A stretch of 64,000 nucleotides of DNA from Candidatus Gottesmanbacteria bacterium (lineage in GTDB: Bacteria > Patescibacteriota > Microgenomatia > 2-02-FULL-39-11), in the NCBI GenBank assembly GCA_016186795.1, contig JACPKY010000002.1, forward strand, positions 716,943 to 780,942. Reading direction: 5' to 3'. The position numbers and the translations under genes were made by a program. Below the pieces are notes generated by a model. That model ran no database searches, was not told the origin of the DNA, and was given only the letters and a program-made list of their open reading frames with translations. Below, piece by piece: positions 8,967-16,576 of this stretch; positions within the stretch are counted from its first letter, which is position 1; every line of letters starts with the position of its first letter.

Positions 8967-9456
8967 GAAGTCTCGTTTGGAGTTCTACAATCGATTCATC
9001 CATAACTCTCAATATCTCCTGAATGATTGATTCAGCCTCAGAGAAAGAAAGTGCTCGGAAGTTATGAGGGAAATAATGGAATACGAGATTTCTCCCCTGT
9101 TTCCAAATCGACCACATGCGATCGGCCAGAATTCTGTCGCCTGTTGCTTCAACAACCTTGTCATAAATAGATTCCCATCGAAGATGTTTTTCTAAGTGTG
9201 GGTTTAAAGCTCTCCCAATTCTGAAGTGATCACCACCATACTGTTCCTTCGTAATAAAAGAACAATCAAGAAATAACTGTTTTAGAAATCCTTCATATGC
9301 CTTGGCAAATGGAAAAACAACGTAGGAATAATCGGATATTTCTAACCGAGGATGTTCAGTTATGTCGTGAAGGAGAAATAATCCTTCCTTTATCAATCCC
9401 TTTTGATTCGGAGAAAGGTATTCCCAAATACGTGCGTTTTCATCTATCTCAACCAT
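8956..9456 (-). CDS. Hypothetical protein; possible HEPN-fold (RNxxxH) domain
   Basis: 166 aa, all-alpha in character, with a C-terminal ...WSIWKQGRNLVFHYF... giving an R-N-x3-H motif reminiscent of HEPN/Abi2-type RNases. No partner gene is recognised. Confidence 0.3.
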   Translation of the reverse strand: MVEIDENARIWEYLSPNQKGLIKEGLFLLHDITEHPRLEISDYSYVVFPFAKAYEGFLKQLFLDCSFITKEQYGGDHFRIGRALNPHLEKHLRWESIYDKVVEATGDRILADRMWSIWKQGRNLVFHYFPHNFRALSFSEAESIIQEILRVMDESIVELQTRLPRK

Positions 9457-9530
9457 ATTTGTCGTGCTTTCCTAAATCTTTCGACTGAAATATCCGAATA
9501 TCCACCAATTCCATTGTATCAAATGAACAA

Positions 9531-10793
9531 TTACGCAAGGAGTTTGGAAACAATATGGGGAAGCGTCGTTCCCTGAACATTTCGAAGAAATTTTTCCTTT
9601 GATGGAAGAATATTTTCTGGATCTTTCAATATATGCCCAGTAAGTACACCGACGACAACATCACTCTTTTTAATGATAGTTTTTTTAACGAGCTTTTTTA
9701 TTCCGGCAACACATGTTGCCGATGCTGGTTCACAACCAATACCAGATGTGTCAATTATTTTTTTTGCTTCAAGTATTTCTTGGTCGGTAACCTCTTCAAC
9801 AACTCCATTGGTTTCCAAAATTGCCTTCTTTGCCCGTAAGAAACTCACTGGATTTCCAATTTTGATTGCAGAAGCAAGAGTGTCTGCATTCATTGTATGA
9901 CGATACTTAAAATCTCCTTTGTAACTTCTGTAAAAAGGATTCGCTCCATGGGCTTGAATAACAGCAATACGTGGAAATTTATCTATGATCCCTACCTCTT
10001 TTAAATCTTTAAGCCCTCTCCCTAGGCTTGAGGCATTCCCTAAGTTTCCGCCAGGCAAAACAACCCAGTTGGGAATTTTCCAGTTAAGCTGCTGTAGAAG
10101 TTCGTAAACAATTGTTTTCTGACCTTCAAGTCTTAATGGATTAATAGAGTTAAGTAGATAGATGTGAAATTGGTTACAGATTTTCTCAACTATACTCATT
10201 GCTTCGTCAAAATCACCATCAATTTCTATATTTGTTGCACCATACGCAATCGATTGCGCAAGCTTTGAGGAAGAAACTCTTCCTTTTGGTAAAAAGACAA
10301 AGCATGGGATCTCGGCTAGTGCTGCATAGGAAGCAAGCGAAGAAGACGTATTTCCAGTTGAAGCACACGCAACAGCTTTCACTCCAAGAAGTTTTGCGTA
10401 GGATATTCCAACCGTCATTCCTCGGTCTTTAAAACTTCCTGTAGGATTTTCACCTTCATGTTTCAAGTATAAAAAATCTACATTCGTAAATTTTCCGATT
10501 TTGTTTGAAATCGATTTCCCCACATTGTAAAGATTTGTATTCCCTTCAGGACGAGTAATAATATATTTTCCATCAATTGGGAAAAGAAACTCTTTATATC
10601 TCCAAACACCACTCTGATAAGGAAATTGGCGACTCTTCCATCTTGTATCAAAAAGTTTGGTAGAAATTTTTCCTTTCAAAGATAGAAAATCACTCCGCTC
10701 AACTTCCAGAACTTCTCCGCAATCACAACGGTATCTGATTTTGCTAAAATCAAATTTTTTATCGCAAGAAACGCATCGAAGAAAAATGATCAT
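9531..10793 (-). CDS. thrC: Threonine synthase (with N-terminal Zn-ribbon)
   Basis: The PLP motif HEGENPTGSFKDRGMTV, an N-terminal CxxC...CDC ribbon, and the fold-type II PLP enzyme layout. Confidence 0.85.
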   Translation of the reverse strand: MIIFLRCVSCDKKFDFSKIRYRCDCGEVLEVERSDFLSLKGKISTKLFDTRWKSRQFPYQSGVWRYKEFLFPIDGKYIITRPEGNTNLYNVGKSISNKIGKFTNVDFLYLKHEGENPTGSFKDRGMTVGISYAKLLGVKAVACASTGNTSSSLASYAALAEIPCFVFLPKGRVSSSKLAQSIAYGATNIEIDGDFDEAMSIVEKICNQFHIYLLNSINPLRLEGQKTIVYELLQQLNWKIPNWVVLPGGNLGNASSLGRGLKDLKEVGIIDKFPRIAVIQAHGANPFYRSYKGDFKYRHTMNADTLASAIKIGNPVSFLRAKKAILETNGVVEEVTDQEILEAKKIIDTSGIGCEPASATCVAGIKKLVKKTIIKKSDVVVGVLTGHILKDPENILPSKEKFLRNVQGTTLPHIVSKLLA

Positions 10794-10794
10794 A

Positions 10795-11418
10795 TCACTC
10801 TTTTATAAGATTAACAAAATTCTCAACGTCAAAATTATTTTTTCTCAGTAGAAAGTAATCCAGTGTTATATCAGCAATTCTTTCATATTCCTTTCTTCTA
10901 TATGCCAACAGTTTGGGATAATTCCGCTTAAGAGCTGATATATCGGTCTCATCCTGCCGTTTATTAAAACTTTCACCCCACACGACGGGCTTTGGTTCTT
11001 TGAGATAGGACGTATACATTTCGTCTTGAACTTTGTATGGAGTATCCAAATATATAATTTTTGTATTATTTTTCAATTTTTTCAAAATAGTAAAACCCGT
11101 ATATATGACACTTCCTGTTGTATCTATAACAACAGCTCTATCAGCATAATCACTGTTTACTTGATCGATGAATTTCTCAAGAGATTCTTTTTCAAATTTT
11201 AAATATTTTTTACTATTGCTTTGATATCTTTCCTCATATGGTTGACCTAGCCATTTTGAAACATCTGAAATACCCCTATAGCCTAATTTTTTTAGAACAC
11301 TTCCTAATTTATATTCTATATAATCATCACAGCAGAGCTTAATATATCCATATTCCTCCAATTTCTCCGACCAAAAGGTTTTACCTGAATTAGACATGCC
11401 AATAAGAGAAAGCTTCAT
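10795..11418 (-). CDS. P-loop NTPase/kinase of unknown specificity, embedded in the thr operon (candidate non-orthologous homoserine kinase)
   Basis: Walker A GMSNSGKTF is followed by a small kinase-like fold of 207 aa. Its start overlaps the asd stop by 4 nt, and its own stop abuts the thrC start. Confidence 0.5.
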   Translation of the reverse strand: MKLSLIGMSNSGKTFWSEKLEEYGYIKLCCDDYIEYKLGSVLKKLGYRGISDVSKWLGQPYEERYQSNSKKYLKFEKESLEKFIDQVNSDYADRAVVIDTTGSVIYTGFTILKKLKNNTKIIYLDTPYKVQDEMYTSYLKEPKPVVWGESFNKRQDETDISALKRNYPKLLAYRRKEYERIADITLDYFLLRKNNFDVENFVNLIKE

Positions 11419-12491
11419 ATATATCCTTTATTTACAAGTAATTCTGCCAAAAGTATTGCACCACCTGCGGCACCTCTAATTGTGTTGTGTGACAAGGCAA
11501 TAAATTTCCAATCAAAGTGTTTATCTTCTCGTAGTCGACCCATGGAAATTCCCATACCGTTCTCCAAATTACGATCGAGTTTACTTTGAGGTCTATTTTC
11601 TTCTTCAAAGTAATTGATAAATTCCCTGGGGGCGGATGGTAAGTGTAACTTCTCTATTGGATTTTTATAATTTTTTATTGCGCTAAGTAGCTGTTTCTTT
11701 GATGGTTTTATTCCAAAAGAAACAGAGACACTTGTCATATGTCCATTTGAAGAAGGTATGCGGATACATGTTGCCGATATCTCTGGTTTTTTTGCCAGTG
11801 CAATTTTATTGCTTCTTATTTTCCCCCAAATTTTAAGCGGCTCTTTCTCTGATTTTTCCTCCTCGCCGGCAATATTGGGAATAACATTATCAACCATCTC
11901 CGGCCAACTATCAAACGTTTTCCCAGCGCCTGATATAGACTGCATGCTGACTACATGGACCTTTTGAGGTTGAAATTTATGAAGAGTGGTAAGTATGGAT
12001 ACATACGACTGGATAGAACAATTGGGTTTAACAACAATGAATCCTTTTTTCCAACCGCGATTTTTCCTTTGAACATCGATAAGTTTTATGTGTTCAGGAT
12101 TAATTTCCGGCATAATCATAGGAACATCTTCTACCCAACGATTGGTTGAATTATTGGAAACTACAGCCATATTTTTTGATGCATAATATTCCTCAATCTT
12201 TTTGATCTGATTCTTTTCCAAATCCAGAGCAGAAAATACCAAATCGACACGCCTTACAATCTCATCAATATCTTCCTCAACAGATTGGATAACTACATTC
12301 TTAAGTGTTTTTGGAATTTCTTTATCAATTTTCCATCTTCCTTTTACAGCTTTTTGGTATATTTTTCCTTTTGAGGCAGGTGATGCTGCTAAAGCAACTA
12401 CTTCAAACCAGGGATGGTTGGCCAAAAGAGTAGCAAACCTTTGACCCACCATACCTGTGGCGCCTAATATACCGACTCTGATTTTTTTCAT
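11415..12491 (-). CDS. asd: Aspartate-semialdehyde dehydrogenase
   Basis: N-terminal GATGMVGQRF Rossmann motif, the active-site Cys region VVKPNCSIQ, and a 4-nt overlap with the upstream hom gene. Confidence 0.8.
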   Translation of the reverse strand: MKKIRVGILGATGMVGQRFATLLANHPWFEVVALAASPASKGKIYQKAVKGRWKIDKEIPKTLKNVVIQSVEEDIDEIVRRVDLVFSALDLEKNQIKKIEEYYASKNMAVVSNNSTNRWVEDVPMIMPEINPEHIKLIDVQRKNRGWKKGFIVVKPNCSIQSYVSILTTLHKFQPQKVHVVSMQSISGAGKTFDSWPEMVDNVIPNIAGEEEKSEKEPLKIWGKIRSNKIALAKKPEISATCIRIPSSNGHMTSVSVSFGIKPSKKQLLSAIKNYKNPIEKLHLPSAPREFINYFEEENRPQSKLDRNLENGMGISMGRLREDKHFDWKFIALSHNTIRGAAGGAILLAELLVNKGYI

Positions 12492-13525
12492 AGCACTCCT
12501 CCAATAGTTAATATGTCGCCAAATACTCCAGATGCAGTCACGAAAGGACCAGCACCGGGGCCCTTAATCACAAGAGGTTGAGATAAATAATATTTGGTAG
12601 TAAAGATGACTATATTATCTGGTCCCGTCAGAGTCCCAATATCATTCTCTTTTTCTACCTCTCGTAGTCCTATTGTGCAATTTTTTTTAGAAATATCGGC
12701 TACAAAACGGAGTACTTTATTTTTCTTTTTAGCTTTTTTAAATTTTTCAATATAAAGACTATCAAGTCGAACTATATGTGTCATAAATTCATCTACGGTA
12801 AATTTTTCATACTCTGGTGGGTAAAGCTTTTTTATTTGTATATCTTTCATTTCTATTTTTTGTCCAATCATCCGGGCAAGGATGATTACTTTCCTAGCCA
12901 CATCATTTCCTGATAGATCCTCTCGCGGATCAAATTCGGTGTATCCAATCTTTCGGGCAATTCTGACCGACTCAGAAAAAGACTTTCCTTCCTCTATTGA
13001 TGAACAGATAAATCCAAGCGTCCCACTGAAACAGCCAGTAATACTAATTATTTCATCGCCTGTAGCAAGGAGTGTTTTTAACGTTCGAATAACAGGCAGT
13101 CCTGCCCCGACTGTAGTTTCATGAAGTATTTGATTGGGTTTAAAAGAATGTAGCAACTTATATTGTGTATATGGACCTGCAAGCGGCCGTTTGTTTGCAA
13201 GAACAACTGATGCCCCTTTTTGCAAAGCGTGATAGAGAAATGGAAAAGTAGCATCGGATGCGGTGAGATCTAAAAGAATAAATGAGGAATTGACTTTATT
13301 GATAACATTCTTTATTTCTGCATTCATTTTTGCTGGAAAATTTCGTATTTCTTGATTTGATAAACCGTTATCGGAAAATATTCCCCCTTTACTGTTAAAT
13401 AGACCATAGTAACAGATATCAATGTTGAATCGTTTTTTAATACCATTTTCCCCTCGAGTGATTTGACCAATGAGTGCTTTGCCGACATTCCCTACTCCTA
13501 ATTGAATCAGTTGAATTTTTTTCAT
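12488..13525 (-). CDS. hom: Homoserine dehydrogenase
   Basis: IQLIQLGVGNVGKALIGQI Rossmann motif. It overlaps the upstream aspartokinase gene by 4 nt. Confidence 0.8.
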   Translation of the reverse strand: MKKIQLIQLGVGNVGKALIGQITRGENGIKKRFNIDICYYGLFNSKGGIFSDNGLSNQEIRNFPAKMNAEIKNVINKVNSSFILLDLTASDATFPFLYHALQKGASVVLANKRPLAGPYTQYKLLHSFKPNQILHETTVGAGLPVIRTLKTLLATGDEIISITGCFSGTLGFICSSIEEGKSFSESVRIARKIGYTEFDPREDLSGNDVARKVIILARMIGQKIEMKDIQIKKLYPPEYEKFTVDEFMTHIVRLDSLYIEKFKKAKKKNKVLRFVADISKKNCTIGLREVEKENDIGTLTGPDNIVIFTTKYYLSQPLVIKGPGAGPFVTASGVFGDILTIGGVL

Positions 13526-14427
13526 GTCTTATTCCCTTGCCAAATTTTTGTGCCAGCAAGTTCTGGCCTGAAGGTATTTTTCACCCAAACCACTATTTTT
13601 TTGTCAATGATAGGCTCCAGGGCTTGAGGATGAAGAACTTTTGCACCATTCTTTGCCATTTCGGCTGCTTTTTTATAAGAAATTTCCGCTAAAAATCGTG
13701 CGCTTCCATTCTTTTTTGGATCAGCAGAAAAAACTCCATCTACTTCCTTCCAAAGAATAACTTCTTGAGCATCAAGAACGTGGGCAAGAATTGTTGCGCT
13801 GTAATCGGAACCACCCCGGCCAAATGTTGTGATCCGACCGTCAAGTGTAGCCCCAAAGTAACCTGTAAATACAGGAATAATTCCCTGAATAAGCATTGGA
13901 AGAAGTACACGCTCTGCCTGGTTACGCGTTTGGGGGATAAGTACCCGCGCATCACCAAATTTGTCAGTTGTGACAATGACCTTTGAGCTTTCAATAGGTT
14001 TTGCCGTAACTCCTAGGTTTTGTAATGCGCATGCAACGAACGTGCTACTTATTCTTTCACCATAAGAAACAATATGGTCGAATGCTTCTTTACCATAATC
14101 TCGGTGGAATGTTACATACGCTGTCAGTTGAGCAAAAAGTTGGGAAAGAGAATCAAAGAAAGAACACGGACCATTCTTATTTTTCTGAATTTCTCGTGCA
14201 ATATCAAAGTGAAAGTCATGTAAATCCTGAAGCTCCTTAACTCCATTCTCAATTTGATTGGCTTTATAATTCTGATATATTGAGATGAGACGATCAGTCA
14301 CTCCTAAAAATGCCGAAACAACAATAATAACTTTTTCCTCACGTGCAAAATTTTTTATAACACCTGCAACGTGATATATTTTTTGAGCGTCAGCAAGGGA
14401 CGCTCCTCCAAATTTCATAATTTTCAT
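13522..14427 (-). CDS. Aspartokinase, catalytic domain only (no ACT regulatory domains)
   Basis: MKIMKFGGASLADAQKIYHVAGVI... is the amino-acid kinase family signature. At 301 aa it is about 100 aa shorter than ACT-containing aspartokinases. An AAGGAA Shine-Dalgarno sits 8 nt upstream. Confidence 0.8.
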   Translation of the reverse strand: MKIMKFGGASLADAQKIYHVAGVIKNFAREEKVIIVVSAFLGVTDRLISIYQNYKANQIENGVKELQDLHDFHFDIAREIQKNKNGPCSFFDSLSQLFAQLTAYVTFHRDYGKEAFDHIVSYGERISSTFVACALQNLGVTAKPIESSKVIVTTDKFGDARVLIPQTRNQAERVLLPMLIQGIIPVFTGYFGATLDGRITTFGRGGSDYSATILAHVLDAQEVILWKEVDGVFSADPKKNGSARFLAEISYKKAAEMAKNGAKVLHPQALEPIIDKKIVVWVKNTFRPELAGTKIWQGNKT

Positions 14428-14508
14428 ACTTGTTTCCTTTCAATCAGCTTGCACTAAAGCTCCAGCAGATTATGCACCTCTGCATTCTCTCATCGGCAAG
14501 AGCTGCAT

Positions 14509-14535
14509 AAAAAAACCTCCCTTTCAGGAGGTCTC
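14509..14535 (-). terminator. Attenuator terminator hairpin (GAGACCUCC-UGAAAG-GGAGGU) followed by U7, on the minus strand
   Basis: The plus strand reads AAAAAAACCTCCCTTTCAGGAGGTCTC. The reverse complement gives a GC-rich stem followed by seven U residues, about 80 nt upstream of the aspartokinase ATG. Confidence 0.6.
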
Positions 14536-14566
14536 ATTTGCATCGACAATTATCTTATCGCATTAA

Positions 14567-14635
14567 CTACGAGACCTCCTTTGTGGAGGTAGTAGTGGTA
14601 GTAACAATAAGATTTCGCAAGCGACGTAAAACCAT
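14567..14635 (-). CDS. Threonine-operon leader peptide (22 aa: MVLRRLRNLIVTTTTTSTKEVS)
   Basis: Minus-strand ORF ATG GTT TTA CGT CGC TTG CGA AAT CTT ATT GTT ACT ACC ACT ACT ACC TCC ACA AAG GAG GTC TCG TAG. It carries five consecutive Thr codons, then Ser and another Thr. The codons overlap segment 1 of the attenuator, and the stop codon lies just 3' of segment 2. Confidence 0.55.
   Translation of the reverse strand: MVLRRLRNLIVTTTTTSTKEVS
14571..14590 (-). promoter_or_regulatory. Attenuator hairpin A (ACCUCC-ACAAA-GGAGGUCUC); its 3' arm is perfectly complementary (9 bp) to the 5' arm of the terminator, forming the antiterminator
   Basis: Segment 2 (GGAGGUCUC, plus coordinates 14571-14579) is the reverse complement of segment 3 (GAGACCUCC, plus coordinates 14527-14535). 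Segments 1 and 4 repeat ACCUCC and GGAGGU. Confidence 0.6.
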
Positions 14636-14645
14636 ATTTGGTACG

Positions 14646-14674
14646 ATTGTATAGAACCTATCCTTCGTTGTCAA
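14646..14674 (-). promoter_or_regulatory. Candidate promoter for the thr leader: TTGACA-17-TACAAT (minus strand), with the -10 placed 10 nt before the leader ATG
   Basis: Reverse complement of tgtcaa at 14669-14674 and of attgta at 14646-14651, separated by 17 bp. Confidence 0.45.
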
Positions 14675-14722
14675 CAATGTACTTATCATATATACTATCA
14701 TATCAATGCAAATCTATATACT

Positions 14723-16576
14723 ATGACCCATAAAGAAGTTAGAAAAAAATTTATCTCGTTTTATAAAGGAAAAAGACATGTAGAAATCCCATCGGCTTCC
14801 CTTGTTCCCGAAAATGACCCTACTACCCTCTTTACGAGTTCAGGCATGCAACCTCTTGTACCCTACCTTCTTGGGGAAAAACATCCTTCAGGTACACGTA
14901 TTGTTAATAGTCAAAAATGTTTCCGTGCACAAGACATAGATGAAGTGGGCGATAACAGGCATACAACATTTTTTGAAATGCTCGGCAATTGGTCACTTGG
15001 AGACTATTTTAAGGAAAATCAACTCCCTTGGTTTTTTGAATTTTTAACGGATGAATTACATCTTGATCCGAAGAGACTATATATAAGTGTTTTTGAGGGA
15101 AATGAATTTGTCCCAAAGGATAATGAATCCATTAAGATTTGGAAAGAACTCTTCTCCCAGGTTGGAATTGAGGCAAAAGAAGGAGAAAGAATTTTTTCGT
15201 ATGGTGTAGATAAAAACTGGTGGTCCCGCTCAGGTACACCAGACAAAATGCCTCCGGGTGAACCAGGAGGTCCTGACAGTGAGGTATTTTATGACTTTGG
15301 AATTGAGAGAAAATTCCATGAAAATTCTCCATGGAAAAATAAGCCTTGTCATCCAAACTGTGAATGTGGCCGGTTCTTAGAGATTGGAAATTCTGTATTT
15401 ATGGAATACCAAAAACAACAGAACGGAAGTTTTAAAGAATTACCGCAAAAAAATGTAGATTTTGGTGGAGGACTTGAGAGATTAGTTGCTGCAACGAATG
15501 ATAATCCTGATATGTTTCAAATAGATTTGTTTTCAACCGCAATTAAGACTTTGGAAGCTATTACCAAGACGCCTTCAAATTACAAAATACATCCGCGTCC
15601 TTACAGAATAATCTCTGATCATTTAAGAGCTGCAATTTTTTTGGTTGATAGCGGAGTAGAGCCTTCAAACAAGCTGCATGGATACGTTTTAAGACGCTTA
15701 ATAAGACGGGCAATGATCCAAGCAAGAGAATTAGGTATGATGGGTGATGAATGGCTTTCAAATGCAATCCCTGAGTTTATTTCCCAGTATTCTCAAATAT
15801 ACCCATCTGTTACGAAAAATACACCAGAAATCAATCAAGTCATTACTGCAGAAGTAGATAAATTCAGAAAAACTATAGATCGGGGCTTAAGAGAATTTGA
15901 AAAACTAAAAGATAACCAGCTTACTGGATCAACTGCATTTAATTTATACCAAAGTTATGGATTCCCTTTAGAAATTATAAAAGAGCTATATTTACAAAAA
16001 GGAGTGACTCTGAATGAACTAGAATTTAGCGAAGCGCAAAAAACTCATGCTAATCTATCAAGAAAAGTTACAAGTAGACTTTTTAAAGGAGGACTGGTTG
16101 ATCAAAGCGAAGCTGTCGTAAAACTTCATACGGCAACACATCTGCTACAACAAGCATTAAGAGAAGTATTAGGTAGTCACGTACGGCAAAAAGGCAGCAA
16201 TATTACAGCAGAACGTCTCCGTTTCGACTTCACTCATCCGGAAAAAATCTCAAATGAAACTATTGAAAAAATCGAACATCTCGTCAATAAAAAAATTGAT
16301 AAAAACCTGACAGTGTCGGTGGAAATCGTCCCGCTTAATAAGGCTATTGAAGAAGGAGCCCTAACCGTTCCGGGCACAACATACCCTGAACAGGTAAAAG
16401 TCTACTCTATTGGGAACTTCTCAAAAGAGGTCTGTGGAGGACCTCATGTTGACTTTACAGCTACCATAGGTTCGTTTAAGATAGTAAAAGAAGAGGGAAT
16501 TTCCCAAGGTGTAAGACGCATATACGCCAAAGTATCTTCTGATCATGTCAATACTAGGAAAAATCATGCCCAGTAG
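14723..16576 (+). CDS. alaS: Alanyl-tRNA synthetase (catalytic and editing domains; C-terminal C-Ala domain absent)
   Basis: N-terminal FISFYKGKRHVEIPSASLVP...FTSSGMQP...GNWSLGDYFK, and the editing-domain Zn motifs HTATHLL (HxxxH) and CGGPHV (CxxxH). At 617 aa it is well short of the ~875 aa full-length enzyme. Confidence 0.9.
   Translation: MTHKEVRKKFISFYKGKRHVEIPSASLVPENDPTTLFTSSGMQPLVPYLLGEKHPSGTRIVNSQKCFRAQDIDEVGDNRHTTFFEMLGNWSLGDYFKENQLPWFFEFLTDELHLDPKRLYISVFEGNEFVPKDNESIKIWKELFSQVGIEAKEGERIFSYGVDKNWWSRSGTPDKMPPGEPGGPDSEVFYDFGIERKFHENSPWKNKPCHPNCECGRFLEIGNSVFMEYQKQQNGSFKELPQKNVDFGGGLERLVAATNDNPDMFQIDLFSTAIKTLEAITKTPSNYKIHPRPYRIISDHLRAAIFLVDSGVEPSNKLHGYVLRRLIRRAMIQARELGMMGDEWLSNAIPEFISQYSQIYPSVTKNTPEINQVITAEVDKFRKTIDRGLREFEKLKDNQLTGSTAFNLYQSYGFPLEIIKELYLQKGVTLNELEFSEAQKTHANLSRKVTSRLFKGGLVDQSEAVVKLHTATHLLQQALREVLGSHVRQKGSNITAERLRFDFTHPEKISNETIEKIEHLVNKKIDKNLTVSVEIVPLNKAIEEGALTVPGTTYPEQVKVYSIGNFSKEVCGGPHVDFTATIGSFKIVKEEGISQGVRRIYAKVSSDHVNTRKNHAQ

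Noticed and set aside
14428-14722. The structured spacer was first considered as a T-box or riboswitch leader for the plus-strand alaS, or as a lysine riboswitch for lysC.
   Set aside because: No T-box consensus (AATTAGGGTGGTACCGCG-like) was found. The hairpin plus U7 terminator and the Thr-codon ORF only make sense on the minus strand, so the structure is a peptide-mediated attenuator for the thr operon and not a riboswitch.
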